Shown: positions 39,398-50,415, numbered from the stretch's first letter. The stretch is DNA of 59,420 nt from Candidatus Altiarchaeales archaeon (GCA_023252215.1 JAHEXG010000004.1:1-59420), one strand, 5' to 3'. The notes: generated from the sequence alone by a model not told the origin. Numbers and translations: made by a program.

Positions 39398-40450
39398 TTA
39401 TAAGAGTTTCTTTTTGTATGCCAGTTCCGCGTTGAGAACCGATGCGCCTGCTGCGCCTCTGATGGTGTTGTGGCTGAGGCATACGAATTTTAGCGATTTT
39501 TCTTTTTTCTTGCGGATTCTTCCGACTGAGACTGCCATTCCTCCTCCCAGGTCGCGGTCTAGGCGTGGCTGAGGCCGGTCGTCTTTGTCCAACACGATGA
39601 TGGCTGGTTTAGGCGCTGTGGGTAGTCCTAGTTTCTGGGGCTCTCCCTGGAAATCCCGTAGCTTCTTTTTTAAGTCTTCGATGTCGAAGTCTTTTTCCGT
39701 TGAGACGAATGCTGCTTCTGTGTGTCCGTCGAGGACTGCGACGCGGTTGCATGATGCGAATGCTTCGAATTCTGCATTTTTGAATACTCCGTGTTCGAGT
39801 TTTCCCAGTATCTTCTGTGGCTCGGATTCCATCTTGTCTTCTTCGTTCTTTATGAAGGGTATGATGTTGTCCAGTATCGCCATCGAGGGCACGCCGTCGT
39901 ATCCTGCTCCGGACAATGCCTGCATTGTTGCGACGTTGATGGACTTTATGCCGTAGTTGTCCATTATTGGTTTCAGCGGGACGACGAGGCCTGCAGTAGA
40001 GCAGTTGGGATTTGTTACTATGAAGCCGTTCCATCCGCGGTTCTTCTTCTGTAATTCGATTATTCCCAGGTGCTCCGGGTTTACTTCCGGTACCAGGAGG
40101 GGTATGTCTTTATCCATCCGGTAGGTGGAGGTATTGGAGAATACTGCGATGTTCTCGGCAAAAGACGCTTCCACGTCCCTTGCTATCTCCGCGGGTATGG
40201 CTGAGAATACTATGTCCAGGCCGTATTTTTCCGCTACTTTTTTGTTTATCTCTTCGACTACCATGTCGGATACTCCCGGGGGAATTTCGTCCTTTAGGTA
40301 CCACTTCGCAGCATCCCGGTATTTCTTTCCGGCGCTGTTGCTTGACGCCATCAGAACGGATAGTTCGAACCAGGGATGATTCTGCAAAGCCATTATGAAT
40401 CTTTGACCTACCATTCCAGTAGCGCCCATTATGCCGACTTTTTGTTTCAT
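39398..40450 (-). CDS. asd: Aspartate-semialdehyde dehydrogenase
   Basis: GATGMVGQRF, VPEVNPEH, NPNCST, QALSGAG, HNTIRGAAG. Confidence 0.96.
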   Translation of the reverse strand: MKQKVGIMGATGMVGQRFIMALQNHPWFELSVLMASSNSAGKKYRDAAKWYLKDEIPPGVSDMVVEEINKKVAEKYGLDIVFSAIPAEIARDVEASFAENIAVFSNTSTYRMDKDIPLLVPEVNPEHLGIIELQKKNRGWNGFIVTNPNCSTAGLVVPLKPIMDNYGIKSINVATMQALSGAGYDGVPSMAILDNIIPFIKNEEDKMESEPQKILGKLEHGVFKNAEFEAFASCNRVAVLDGHTEAAFVSTEKDFDIEDLKKKLRDFQGEPQKLGLPTAPKPAIIVLDKDDRPQPRLDRDLGGGMAVSVGRIRKKKEKSLKFVCLSHNTIRGAAGASVLNAELAYKKKLL

Positions 40451-41064
40451 TTTCTCCTTGCAACTCTTCTTTTTAAATGATTAAATAATATTCTCGTTTT
40501 GGAAATATTAACCGAAACATGCCCCAGCCCCTTCACGATGGCGTCAAACGGGTCGCCTTCCAGGTCCATCACGACCGAGCCTATCTCGGACAAAAGGTGC
40601 GCATCGCTTCCGCCGACCGCAGGAACACGCAGTTTCTTTGTAATCTCCCTGGGGCTCCGGGAACTCATCATCGTATGCCCGTTGTATACCTCGACGGCAT
40701 CAAAATCCACGCTATAGATAAGGTCTCCGACACCCTGCCGGATGCGGTCAAACGGGTGCGCTGCTATCGCAATACCCCCTGCGGCGTGTATCTTCTCCAC
40801 TGTCTGGCTGGCGGAAAGGCCGCGTGGAATAATCTCTTTTACGCCTAGGCCTAGGATGTGGCCTGCAGCGGATGAGACCTCTATCCCGGGGATGACCCGA
40901 AAATCCGGGGAAGCCAGTTTCAGGGCTTCCAGGGCGCCTTTTATCTCGTTGTGGTCGGTTATGGCTATGCCGTTTAGCCCTATGCTCTTGGCGTATTTTA
41001 TCATCTCCCCGGGGGTTCCGACGCCGTCGGAGTATAGAGAATGGGTGTGGAGGTCGTATAACAT
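40447..41064 (-). CDS. PHP-domain metal-dependent phosphoesterase
   Basis: DLHTHS.YSDG, AITDHN, AAHPF, GGSDAH. Confidence 0.9.
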   Translation of the reverse strand: MLYDLHTHSLYSDGVGTPGEMIKYAKSIGLNGIAITDHNEIKGALEALKLASPDFRVIPGIEVSSAAGHILGLGVKEIIPRGLSASQTVEKIHAAGGIAIAAHPFDRIRQGVGDLIYSVDFDAVEVYNGHTMMSSRSPREITKKLRVPAVGGSDAHLLSEIGSVVMDLEGDPFDAIVKGLGHVSVNISKTRILFNHLKRRVARRK

Positions 41065-41088
41065 TTTGTCTGCCGATTTTTTTTAATA

Positions 41089-41162
41089 TGAGCCCGCCGG
41101 GATTCGAACCCGGGTCCGGGGATCCGAAGTCCCCTAGGATATCCTAGCTACCCCACGGGCCC
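41089..41162 (-). tRNA. tRNA-Arg(TCG)
   Basis: GGGCCCG...CGGGCTC-A acceptor; anticodon arm GGGGA-CTTCGGA-TCCCC; T arm CCGGG-TTCGAAT-CCCGG. Confidence 0.94.
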
Positions 41163-41243
41163 ATAGGAGGTATACGCTATAAATAGGGTTTTTGTGTATA
41201 AGTTTATGCTAGAATCAGCAAACGGCGATTTGGGTTTTGAGCA

Positions 41244-41831
41244 TCACCACGGGTCCTTTTTTAGCTTCCATGCCCATGCTATGAAGTTTGCTACCAGGTG
41301 CATGAGCGGCGTTATCAGTATTATGAGTAGGAATCTTGGGTATCCTACCATTTTTTCGAATGCTCCGCTTATTTGTCCTGTTGAGGCGGTTGTCCATATC
41401 CATGCGAAGAGCACTGCGCCTATGATGAAGTCCAACTGGTCGAAGAGGGGCATGGGTGCTCCGGGTTTTAGGTTTATTCTTCTTTTGAAGAAGCTTTCTA
41501 TCAGGTCTCCTGTGAGTGCTCCGAGGCTTAGCATGAAGGCTAGGGGTAGGCTCATCTGCGGGAGGTTCGGGAAATCGTTTATCAGCGAGGGTTGGAGCAG
41601 CATCTGTATCGTTCCGGATAGTGTTCCGGCTATTATCCCTGCATAGAAGCCCCGCCAGGTCTTGCTGTCTCCGAGTATTCTTTTGCCTCCCAAGGTTTTT
41701 CCTCCGTCTATGGGTGTTCCGTATTTTTTCAGGGATTTTATCTGGGATACGTCTACTGGAGCCGAGTTTGCGATGTATGCCGGGAGTATGAACCAGAGTG
41801 CCTCGATTAGGAGGGAGATTATGGGCTCCAT
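41244..41831 (-). CDS. carS: CDP-archaeol synthase
   Basis: LPAYIAN, PIDGG...ILGDSKTWRG, GDLIESFFKRR, DQLDF, KKDPW. Confidence 0.94.
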   Translation of the reverse strand: MEPIISLLIEALWFILPAYIANSAPVDVSQIKSLKKYGTPIDGGKTLGGKRILGDSKTWRGFYAGIIAGTLSGTIQMLLQPSLINDFPNLPQMSLPLAFMLSLGALTGDLIESFFKRRINLKPGAPMPLFDQLDFIIGAVLFAWIWTTASTGQISGAFEKMVGYPRFLLIILITPLMHLVANFIAWAWKLKKDPW

Positions 41832-41875
41832 GACATTAATAATGGTCTTTTCGAATAATATAAGGATCGGAAAAA

Positions 41876-43093
41876 ATGAAATCTCTTATGATTGTGTGCG
41901 ACGGATTGGGCGATCGTTTGACTGAGGGTAGGACGCCTCTTGAGGCGGCTAAGACGCCTAACATGGATTTTATGGCAAAAGAGGGTATTTGCGGTATAAT
42001 GGATACCGTGGGTACTGGTATTAGGCCTGGGAGCGATACGTCGCATCTTTCCTTGTTTGGCTATGACCCGTTTCAGGTGTATACTGGGAGGGGGCCTTTT
42101 GAAGCGCGTGGGGCGGGCTTGGATTTGGAGAAGGGCGATGTTGCTTTCAGGGCTAATTTTGCTTCTATGAAGGATGGGTTGATATTTGACAGGAGGGCTG
42201 GGAGAGATGAGTCGGGCCTTGATGAATTGGCAAAGGAATTGGAGGGCCTTGAGTTTGACGGGGTCGGGGTTTTTTTTAAGAGGTGTAAGGGTCATCGGGC
42301 GGTTATCGTCTTTAGGGGTAAAGACCTTTCCTGCGCGGTTTCTGAGACGGATACCGATGAGGTGGGCCTTGCGCCTAATAAGTCTGTGCCCCTTGATGGG
42401 GATCCTCGGTCTAAGAGGACTGCTGATGTCTTGAATAAGTTTACCGAGAAGGCGGCGCAGATATTGGGGAATAGCGCGGTCAATAGGAAGCGGGTTACGG
42501 AGGGGAAGCTTCCTGCAAACATCGTTCTTGCAAGGGGTGCGGGAATGGAGCCGGATATCCAGTCTTTTGAGGAAAGGTATGGGATAAAGGCTGCCTGCGT
42601 GTCTGCGACGTCGCTTATTATGGGGGTATGTAAGGCGGTGGGCATGGACGTTATAGAGGTTCCCGAGGCTAACGGCCACGTGGATTCCAATATCGGAAAG
42701 AAGGCCGAGGCCGCTATTAAGGCTCTTGAGAAATATGATTTTGTATTTTTGCATATCAAGGGAACGGATGAGGCGTCGCATGACGGCAGATTCGACTCCA
42801 AGAAAGAGATGATAGAGAGGATAGACCGGGAGGTGATCGGGCCGATAATCAAGGGAGTTGACTTGGATAATACGACGATTGTTTTGACTGCGGATCATTC
42901 TACGCCTCTGAGGCTTAGACAGCATAGCGCGGACCCTGTGCCTTTGGTTATATTGGGGGATGTCAGGACTGATGATGTGATGAATTTTTCCGAGCGTTCA
43001 TGCGTCAAAGGGGGTCTTTTGAGGATATGCGGGCGCAGCTTGATGGGTATAATACTTGATCTGGGCGGGAAATCGAAGTTGTTCGGGGCCTGA
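41876..43093 (+). CDS. apgM: 2,3-bisphosphoglycerate-independent phosphoglycerate mutase (archaeal)
   Basis: DGLGD, TPLEAA.TPNMD, PGSD, GRGPFEA, DEASHDG, TADHSTP. Confidence 0.94.
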   Translation: MKSLMIVCDGLGDRLTEGRTPLEAAKTPNMDFMAKEGICGIMDTVGTGIRPGSDTSHLSLFGYDPFQVYTGRGPFEARGAGLDLEKGDVAFRANFASMKDGLIFDRRAGRDESGLDELAKELEGLEFDGVGVFFKRCKGHRAVIVFRGKDLSCAVSETDTDEVGLAPNKSVPLDGDPRSKRTADVLNKFTEKAAQILGNSAVNRKRVTEGKLPANIVLARGAGMEPDIQSFEERYGIKAACVSATSLIMGVCKAVGMDVIEVPEANGHVDSNIGKKAEAAIKALEKYDFVFLHIKGTDEASHDGRFDSKKEMIERIDREVIGPIIKGVDLDNTTIVLTADHSTPLRLRQHSADPVPLVILGDVRTDDVMNFSERSCVKGGLLRICGRSLMGIILDLGGKSKLFGA

Positions 43094-43107
43094 GCCTTTT
43101 TTTCTTT

Positions 43108-44208
43108 TTATATGAGTTTTCTGGGTATGTATCCGGACATGAGGGAGTGGTCTGCGAGTACGAGCGCTATCATTGCTTCGGCTACCGGGACTGCTCTTGG
43201 GACGATGCATGGGTCGTGTCTTCCGCTTACTGCGATGTCTGTTTCTTTTTTCTTTGCGTAGTCGACTGTTTTTTGCAGGATGCCTATTGTGGCTGTGGGT
43301 TTTATTGCCAGCCGGAGTATTATGGGCATGCCGTTGGATATTCCTCCGAGTATTCCTCCTGCGTTGTTTGTGGTTGTATGGATCCTTTCGTTGTTTATTG
43401 TAAATGGGTCGTTTGCTTCTGATCCTCTCATCCGGGCTAGTTCGAATCCTGCGCCTATTTCTATTCCTTTTACGCCTGGGATGGACATTAGGGCTTTGGC
43501 TAGGTCTGCGTTTAGTTTGTCTGAGAGCGGTTCGCCGAGGCCCGGGGGGACGCCGTATACTGTTGCTTCTATTATTCCGCCTACTGAGTCTTTTTCTTTT
43601 TTTGCTGTGAGTATTGCGTGTTCCATTTCTTTTGCGGCTTGCGTGTCCGGGGATCTTACCGGGTTTGATTCTATTGTTTTTCTCATTTTTTCCAGGGATC
43701 CGTTGCGGGAGGGGGTGTCTGCGACTATGCCTGCTATTTCTTTTGAGTAGGCTATTATTTCTATGCCGCGGGTTCTTAGTAGTTTTATTGCTATTGCTCC
43801 TCCGGCTACTCTTGTTGCGGTTTCTCTTGCGCTTGCCCTTCCGCCGCCTCTCCAGTCTATGGTTCCGTATTTTTCTCTCCAGGTGTATTCTGCCTGTCCG
43901 GGGCGCAGTAGGTTTTTTATTTCTTCGTATTTACTTGAGTCTGCGTCGTTGTTGCGTATCAGGAGAGAGATTGGTGTTCCGATAGTTCTTCCTTCGTGTA
44001 TTCCGGAGAGTATTTCTGCTTTGTCTGCTTCTTTTCTTTGCGTTACCACGTCGCTTGTCCCGGGCCTTCTTCGGTCTAGTTCTCTTTGTATGTCTTCTGC
44101 CGAGAGTTTTAGTCCGGATGGACATCCGTCGACTACGCAGCCTATTGCGGGCCCGTGTGATTCGCCCCAGGTGGTTATCCTGAAAAACGTTCCGAATGTG
44201 TTGGACAT
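43108..44208 (-). CDS. aroC: Chorismate synthase
   Basis: [33 protein letters not shown]. Confidence 0.97.
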   Translation of the reverse strand: MSNTFGTFFRITTWGESHGPAIGCVVDGCPSGLKLSAEDIQRELDRRRPGTSDVVTQRKEADKAEILSGIHEGRTIGTPISLLIRNNDADSSKYEEIKNLLRPGQAEYTWREKYGTIDWRGGGRASARETATRVAGGAIAIKLLRTRGIEIIAYSKEIAGIVADTPSRNGSLEKMRKTIESNPVRSPDTQAAKEMEHAILTAKKEKDSVGGIIEATVYGVPPGLGEPLSDKLNADLAKALMSIPGVKGIEIGAGFELARMRGSEANDPFTINNERIHTTTNNAGGILGGISNGMPIILRLAIKPTATIGILQKTVDYAKKKETDIAVSGRHDPCIVPRAVPVAEAMIALVLADHSLMSGYIPRKLI

Positions 44209-44242
44209 GTTATTATATTCGAAGCGGAAAACAATATATAGC

Positions 44243-45376
44243 TTATCCTGTTAGGATTAGCGAGAATGTGTCTTTTTCCAGGGAGGTTTTTGCGTTCAGG
44301 AGATTTGTGTCTTCTTTGTATAACGCCGTCATTAAGCCGGATAGCATTCCTCTGATTATCGGATATTTTGTTTTAGCGTATAGGTCGGTATATGGGTAGT
44401 AGTTTATCTGGGCTTCTTTTTTGTCGTTTATTGCGATGTCTCCCCAGCCCATCGCCCCGAGTATATCAGTTATGTATTGTTTGCCGAGTTTTTCGCCCAT
44501 TGCTTCGCCGAGTTTTTTATAGTATTCTTTTGCCAGTCCGAATAGGAAGACGTCGTCGTTGTAAAGCCATTCCAGGAAGTATATGTAGTGGCTGTCGCAG
44601 TTGAAGTATTTTCCGCCGCAGAAGGTTATTTGCCCGTTTTTGTAGGACAGCGTTTTGTTTTTTAATAGTTCCCGGAGGGAGGTTTTAGTGTTTATGGTAT
44701 TCCTTGGTTTGTTTAGACTTGTGTATTCTTTTGACATTTCCAGGTCAAGCAGTGTTGGGAACTCTATCGGGGCATATCCCAGTTGTTTTATTTTGTCAGG
44801 CGATGCTATGAGGATCCGGCATTTTGCGGCTCCTCTGCCTACGCACTCGGTTTGGACTACCTCTGTTGTAGTGTCTTGCAGGAGCCAGGAGCATATTCCG
44901 GCCGCTGAACCGGCCAGGAATAGGTCGCCTATGCCGTTCTTGCGGCATACGACGTATTGCGAGAACGAAGCCCTCTGGATGCCGATCTTTACGTCAAAAA
45001 AATAGTCTACTGCTGCTCCGTATATTCCGCCCAGGAATAGCAGCAAGGATTTGGTGTATTTGTTGTAGTCTTTTTCTTTGGTCTTGGTTTTTATTGTTTC
45101 AATGCCGCAGAATTTAGCGTAGATATAGCTGCTGTTTTTCCCTATTGTATAGAGCAGTCGGTTCCCGTTTGTTCCGAGTTTTTCAACGGTCTTTACTTCT
45201 AGGTCGCAGACAAGGTCTTCGGGAATGAACACGTCTCTGAGCATCATTCCATCTGATCCGGAGATTGTCTTGGATAGGACGTAGCCGGGTTTTGTGAAGT
45301 CAAAGGAATTTGGAACTGCTACATTCCTTATAAACCAGCTGTATAGCTCATCCTTGATATTCATATCTTCGCCCAA
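44243..45376 (-). CDS. Hypothetical protein with V4R-like domain(s)
   Basis: [18 protein letters not shown]4R-like motif; second half has GWG...RGMLSG, suggesting a duplicated fold. Confidence 0.6.
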   Translation of the reverse strand: MGEDMNIKDELYSWFIRNVAVPNSFDFTKPGYVLSKTISGSDGMMLRDVFIPEDLVCDLEVKTVEKLGTNGNRLLYTIGKNSSYIYAKFCGIETIKTKTKEKDYNKYTKSLLLFLGGIYGAAVDYFFDVKIGIQRASFSQYVVCRKNGIGDLFLAGSAAGICSWLLQDTTTEVVQTECVGRGAAKCRILIASPDKIKQLGYAPIEFPTLLDLEMSKEYTSLNKPRNTINTKTSLRELLKNKTLSYKNGQITFCGGKYFNCDSHYIYFLEWLYNDDVFLFGLAKEYYKKLGEAMGEKLGKQYITDILGAMGWGDIAINDKKEAQINYYPYTDLYAKTKYPIIRGMLSGLMTALYKEDTNLLNAKTSLEKDTFSLILTG

Positions 45377-45470
45377 AACATACCTTAGTAATGGGGGGTG
45401 TGCGTTGTTTTTCTTAGACTTGTCGGGATTAATTTATGGACTTGTATCTATATAATACTCGTCGGTAAAG

Positions 45471-46340
45471 ATGATAACCAGAGAGAGTATAACGGAAGCC
45501 GTTTCAGAGGTTTTGAAAAGAGCAGTGAGCGTGCTGCCAGAGGATGTGGTATCGGCCCTTGAAAAGGCGTACCGGGAAGAGGGGGATGTAGTTGCAAGAA
45601 CGCAGCTAAAAGCCATACTCGACAACGTCAAATACGCAAAAGAGAGATCTTTTCCCATTTGCCAGGACACAGGCCTCCCGGTTTTCTATGTAGGGATCGG
45701 GAGCCTGGCAAAAATCGACGCAGGGATAATAGAGGAGGCAGTTACTGAGGGGCTTAGAAAGGCGTCTTTGGATATTCCTCTGCGTTCTAATGCGGTTCAT
45801 CCGTTGACTCGGAAGAACTCGGGAGACAATACCGGGGCAGGCTTGCCGGTGATAGAGACCGCTATTTTAAAGGGTAAGGATTTTCTGGAGATAACGGTTT
45901 TGCCGAAAGGCGCAGGCTCTGAGAATATGTCTTGTTTTAGGATGCTTAAGCCGTCCGAGGGGGTGAAGGGATTGGAAAAGTTCGTAATAGAGTCGGTTGC
46001 GGCAGCGGGGGGAAACCCGTGCCCGCCGATAATAGTAGGCCTGGGCATCGGGGGAACGGCTGACAAGGCTATGGCGTTGTCCAAGAAGGCTCTTCTCAGA
46101 AAGATCCCGTCCAAAAACAAAGATGCTCTGGTCGCTTCTCTTGAGAGGGACCTCTTTGAAAAGATCAATCTCTTGGGTATCGGGCCTATGGGGCTGGGAG
46201 GGAACACCTCGGCTCTTGCAGTCCACGCAGAATATGCGTTCTGTCATACGGCCAGTCTTCCGGTGGCTGTGAATCTGCAGTGCTGGGCTAACAGGAGAGC
46301 GTCTGCGAAAATATTTGATAAGAGAACGGAGTATTCCTAA
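45471..46340 (+). CDS. Fe-S fumarate hydratase/tartrate dehydratase alpha subunit
   Basis: PICQDTG, KGAGSEN, NPCPP, GIGPMGLGG, HTASLPV..CWA.R. Confidence 0.92.
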   Translation: MITRESITEAVSEVLKRAVSVLPEDVVSALEKAYREEGDVVARTQLKAILDNVKYAKERSFPICQDTGLPVFYVGIGSLAKIDAGIIEEAVTEGLRKASLDIPLRSNAVHPLTRKNSGDNTGAGLPVIETAILKGKDFLEITVLPKGAGSENMSCFRMLKPSEGVKGLEKFVIESVAAAGGNPCPPIIVGLGIGGTADKAMALSKKALLRKIPSKNKDALVASLERDLFEKINLLGIGPMGLGGNTSALAVHAEYAFCHTASLPVAVNLQCWANRRASAKIFDKRTEYS

Positions 46341-46669
46341 TTCTGACCCGGCGGGTGGGGTTTTTTCATGCTGAGCATGCTTACACCGAGAGAGGATATT
46401 CTTCCACCGGCTGACAGCAGGAAGAACATGAAGAGCATGAAGAAGGTGTAGTTCCCAGTCTGGTTAAAGTATTCAGTGGGTATCAAGTCCATACCTATCT
46501 GCATTCCGCTTACAGTTATCGGATCGCTGGATTTTTCTATTCTGAGCAGTTGGGGAGGCGTCTTTGAGCCGTTGAATACCGAGAACGTCGAAAATATTGC
46601 GAAGAATACGATGCCTAAGCCTGCCAGTATAAGAGCGTATCCCATGAATTTGTCTTGATCTATTTTCAC
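46337..46669 (-). CDS. Small two-TM membrane protein
   Basis: Two hydrophobic helices; lies at the end of the oxidoreductase operon. Confidence 0.65.
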   Translation of the reverse strand: MKIDQDKFMGYALILAGLGIVFFAIFSTFSVFNGSKTPPQLLRIEKSSDPITVSGMQIGMDLIPTEYFNQTGNYTFFMLFMFFLLSAGGRISSLGVSMLSMKKPHPPGQN

Positions 46670-46708
46670 ATAATCTATTAAATCGGGGCAGTATTTAAAC
46701 CTGTTTTT

Positions 46709-47074
46709 TTACTTTTTGGGTACGTTTTTTGTCGCTACTATGTCTACTCCGGTTCCCAGGATGTTTTTTATGGCCGGATCGCCTATTTTTACGGGAGCAT
46801 TCATCCTGGCAGCCGATATTTCAGCCATTGCGTCCTTTATCAGTTCCTTGGGTATTGTCTTGGAGGTTTTTACGCTGACAAGAGGGATTGTTCCTCCATG
46901 CACCGGGACAGATGTAGTGAGGCCGCGTTCCGGCGACGTAAATTCCTTGCGCGTGTATTCTTCGCCTTTTTTGCAGGTCTGTCCGCTGATTTTTGTAATG
47001 TTTTTTCCGGAGTATTCCACGTCTATTTCGCAGCTGTTTGGACAGATTATGCAGACGTATTTTTTATTTGGCAT
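46709..47074 (-). CDS. DUF1667 Cys-motif protein (third gene of the G3PDH-like cluster)
   Basis: CIICPNSC...G.TC.KG..Y..E...P.R..TTSV...GVDIVAT. Confidence 0.88.
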   Translation of the reverse strand: MPNKKYVCIICPNSCEIDVEYSGKNITKISGQTCKKGEEYTRKEFTSPERGLTTSVPVHGGTIPLVSVKTSKTIPKELIKDAMAEISAARMNAPVKIGDPAIKNILGTGVDIVATKNVPKK

Positions 47075-48311
47075 TTTGGAGCATTACGATTATTTTTTTG
47101 CATCCCGCAAGTTCGTTCTTTTTCAGTGTTACCTGTATCATCTCGGCCGGGTTGACGCGGGTCTTCATTAACGTCTTTATGACTCGGTCTCCGTCGGATA
47201 ATATGAGTTTGACGTTTCTTGCGGGCGCCATGACGCGCATTGATAGTTTAACGTCCGAGTCTGCGCTTAGCTGGTGCGGCAGCACGTATCTTATGCCTTC
47301 TCCGGGCGTTGTTTTTATTGTTTGCGGTTTCTTTTCTTTTCCCTGCGCATATTCGGCAGCGGATCTGCCGGCCCTCTCTGCCTCCAGGCTAACATAGTCT
47401 ACGACGTCGTGCACGTGCAGGACGTTTCCGCATGCGAATATCCCGGGGATGCTGGTCTGTAGGTCCTCGTCTACCACTGCTCCTGCGGTTTGTTCGTCTA
47501 TCAGGATGCCGGCTTTTCTGGTTAGTTCGTTCTCCGGTACCAGGCCTACTGAGAGGAGCAAGGTATCGCATTCTATTTTTTTCTCTGTCCCGGCTATTGG
47601 CTTGAATCGCTCGTCCACCTGCGCTAATGTTACAGCCTCGACCCGTTTTTTTCCGTGTATTTCTGTTACGGTGTGGCTTAGATAGAGCGGTATGCCGTAG
47701 TCGTCGAGGCACTGGGCCATGTTCCTGGGCAGGCCGCTGGAATAGGGCAGTATTTCTGCGACTGCCAGTACTTTTGATCCTTCCAGCGTGAGTCTGCGGG
47801 CCATTATCAGGCCGATGTCTCCCGAGCCGAGTATGACTGCTTTTTCGCCTATCCTGTATCCTTTCAGGTTGATGAAATTCTGGGCCGCTCCCGCCGTGTA
47901 AACGCCCGCAGGTCTTGTCCCGGGGGTTAGTATCTGTCCCCGCGTGCGTTCCCTGCATCCCATGCACAGGATAATGGACTTGGAGGTTATTTCAAAGAGG
48001 CCTTCTTTGCTGCTTACAATGATCTTTTTGTCCGCAGACACCTCCAGCACCATGCTGTCCAACATATAAGGTATCCTGTGTTTTTCTACGTCATCTATGA
48101 ACCTCTGCATATACTCCGGCCCGCTCAGGGCTACGCCGAAGGATTCTAAGCCGAAGCCTTCGTGTATGCATTGATTTAGTATGCCGCCCAAATTTTCGCC
48201 TCGTTCTATGATCAACACGTTTGCTGCTCCGTTTTTTTTGGCGGATAGCGCGGCCGATAGTCCTGCGGGGCCTCCTCCGACTACTGCGACGTCGACTGTT
48301 TTGCGGATCAT
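47064..48311 (-). CDS. FAD/NAD(P)-dependent oxidoreductase (NADH oxidase-like)
   Basis: GGGPAGLSAA, GGILNQCIH.GFG, GCRER, GSGDIGLIMARR, CGNVLHVHD. Start MIRKTV overlaps the upstream stop. Confidence 0.9.
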   Translation of the reverse strand: MIRKTVDVAVVGGGPAGLSAALSAKKNGAANVLIIERGENLGGILNQCIHEGFGLESFGVALSGPEYMQRFIDDVEKHRIPYMLDSMVLEVSADKKIIVSSKEGLFEITSKSIILCMGCRERTRGQILTPGTRPAGVYTAGAAQNFINLKGYRIGEKAVILGSGDIGLIMARRLTLEGSKVLAVAEILPYSSGLPRNMAQCLDDYGIPLYLSHTVTEIHGKKRVEAVTLAQVDERFKPIAGTEKKIECDTLLLSVGLVPENELTRKAGILIDEQTAGAVVDEDLQTSIPGIFACGNVLHVHDVVDYVSLEAERAGRSAAEYAQGKEKKPQTIKTTPGEGIRYVLPHQLSADSDVKLSMRVMAPARNVKLILSDGDRVIKTLMKTRVNPAEMIQVTLKKNELAGCKKIIVMLQNAK

Positions 48312-49774
48312 TCTATTCCCTCCTTTTTGCCGGTGAATAGTTCGGAGCCTTTTCCTGCATAGTTTATGTCTGAGGTCTGCGGGTGGTGTTGTTCTTCCAG
48401 GTTTTCTATTATTTTGGGCAGGCAGAATCCTCCCTGGCATCTTCCAAGGGTTGCGCGGCATCTTTTGCTTACGCTGTATATGCTTCGCGCGCATAGGGGG
48501 TTGTTTAGGGCGTCTATGACTTCTTTTTTTGTTACGCTCTGGCATCGGCATACTACTATTCCGTAGTCCGGGTCTTTTTTTATCAGCTCGGATTTTTCGC
48601 GGTTGGATAGTTCGGCGAACCTTATTTTTGGTTTCTCCGTGGGATCGAATGAGGGGTTTTCTACAAGTCCTCCTCGTATTTTGCTTATCATTTCCGCGAC
48701 TTTTTTTGCTATTGCGGGCGCGCCTGTTAGGCCGGGTGATTCTATTCCTATGAGGTTTATGAATCCCGGGATTTTGCGGCTTTCTTCTATTATGAAATCC
48801 GCGGGGGATTTTGAGCCGGGGGTTATCAGTTTGGGTCTTATCCCGGAGAAGCTTTTTATTATGTCTTTTCTTGTTATCTTGGGTAGGAATTCGTATGATT
48901 CCTTGAATAGTTTATCCATTACTTCGGAGGTGTTTGCGGTATCGTCTGGTTCGGGTATGTATTCTGCGCTTGGGCCGAGCATTATGTTTCCGTCTGTCGT
49001 GGGGGTGAGGTGTATTCCCAGGCCTCCTAGTTCTTTGGGCGGGACTGGGTAGACTGCGCCGTTTATGAGGTTACGTTTGTTTTTGTCTAGTAGGTGGTAT
49101 TCTCCGCGGCAGGGGTGTATCTCATAGCCGGTTATGCCTGCCATGGCAGCGATTTTGTCTGCGTATAGGCCGGCGCTGTTTATGAGTATGCCTGCTGCAT
49201 ATTTGCCGTTGTTTGTTTCCAGCGTAAAGCCGTCGGATGATTGTTCTATTCTTTTTACTTCGGTATTGAGGTGGATGCATGCTCCGTTTCTAAGGGCATT
49301 CTCTGCGAGGGATATTGTCAGTAGGAATGGGTCTAGTATCGCAGTCGTCGGAGAATGCAGTGCTTCTATTCCGTTTATGTTCGGCTCCAGTCTTTTTATC
49401 TCTTTTTGGTCTATGATGCGCAGTTTTTTGCAGCCGTTCTTTTCGCCGGTCTCTTTCAGTTTGTAGAGGTATTCGCGTTCGTCTTCTTCTTTGGCGGTTA
49501 CTATCTTGCCGACGGCTATGTATGGAACGCCCAGTTCTTTACATAACGAAGGCATCAATTCATGGCCTACGATATTAAGCTTTGCTTTGAACGTACCTGC
49601 GGGCACATAGAAGCCCGCATGCGATACGCCGCTGTTCCTGCCGCTGGTGCCGACCGCTACGTCGCATTCTTTCTCAAAGAGCCCTGTTTTTAGCTTGTAT
49701 TTTGTGAGTTCACGAGCGATTGCGCAGCCCACTACGCCTCCGCCTATGACCGCGGCATCGAATCTGGTTTCCAT
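48308..49774 (-). CDS. FAD-dependent oxidoreductase with C-terminal BFD-like [2Fe-2S] domain (glycerol-3-phosphate dehydrogenase/LhgO-like)
   Basis: IGGGVVG, TSGRNSG, GIESPGLT, VCRC..V...GRCQGGFC. Confidence 0.88.
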   Translation of the reverse strand: METRFDAAVIGGGVVGCAIARELTKYKLKTGLFEKECDVAVGTSGRNSGVSHAGFYVPAGTFKAKLNIVGHELMPSLCKELGVPYIAVGKIVTAKEEDEREYLYKLKETGEKNGCKKLRIIDQKEIKRLEPNINGIEALHSPTTAILDPFLLTISLAENALRNGACIHLNTEVKRIEQSSDGFTLETNNGKYAAGILINSAGLYADKIAAMAGITGYEIHPCRGEYHLLDKNKRNLINGAVYPVPPKELGGLGIHLTPTTDGNIMLGPSAEYIPEPDDTANTSEVMDKLFKESYEFLPKITRKDIIKSFSGIRPKLITPGSKSPADFIIEESRKIPGFINLIGIESPGLTGAPAIAKKVAEMISKIRGGLVENPSFDPTEKPKIRFAELSNREKSELIKKDPDYGIVVCRCQSVTKKEVIDALNNPLCARSIYSVSKRCRATLGRCQGGFCLPKIIENLEEQHHPQTSDINYAGKGSELFTGKKEGIE

Positions 49775-49834
49775 GTTTTTTTCTTCTTTTCTTTGGCAAG
49801 GGATAAATTATAATAGAAAAATCGTTAATAGAAA

Positions 49835-50404
49835 ATGTATTTGATTACGCCGCTAAAAAACGCGGACATAAGGAAGCTTAAGATCGGAGACGTGGTTTAT
49901 GTCTCAGGCACTGTTTACACCGCAAGGGATAAGACGCACCAGAAGGCGCTTAGGGAGGGAAAATTCCCCGGAGACCTGAGGGGCGGCGTTGTTTTCCATT
50001 CCGGGCCCCTTGCAAGAAAGGAAAAACGGGGGTGGAAAATGATAGCAATAGGGCCCACGACAAGTTCCAGGATGAATGAGGTGGAGCCGGATTTTATAAA
50101 GAGGTTCGGGGTTGCAGCTATCATAGGAAAGGGGGGGATGGATGGGAAAGTTGCAGAAGCTATGAAAGGCGGGGCCGTATATCTGGCCATGACCGGAGGA
50201 TGTGCTGCAATCGCCGCATCCCGGATAAATAAGGTAAAAGGCGTCGAATGGCTGGAACTAGGAGAGCCGGAAGCTGTCTGGGAACTTGAAACAGAGAAAC
50301 TGGGCCCGCTCATAGTTGCAATAGACGCCGGCGGAAACAGCATCTATGATGCGGTGAATAAAAAAGTCCGGGACAACCTTGAAAAGGTATTAACTTCATT
50401 ATAA
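49835..50404 (+). CDS. Fe-S fumarate hydratase/tartrate dehydratase beta subunit
   Basis: TARD..H, GPTTSSRM, IGKGG, LGEPEA, GPLIVAID. Confidence 0.92.
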   Translation: MYLITPLKNADIRKLKIGDVVYVSGTVYTARDKTHQKALREGKFPGDLRGGVVFHSGPLARKEKRGWKMIAIGPTTSSRMNEVEPDFIKRFGVAAIIGKGGMDGKVAEAMKGGAVYLAMTGGCAAIAASRINKVKGVEWLELGEPEAVWELETEKLGPLIVAIDAGGNSIYDAVNKKVRDNLEKVLTSL

Positions 50405-50415
50405 ACATTAAATAA

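Noticed and set aside
41819-42925. 368-aa antisense ORF over apgM
   Set aside because: Shadow ORF from strand compositional bias; no motifs.
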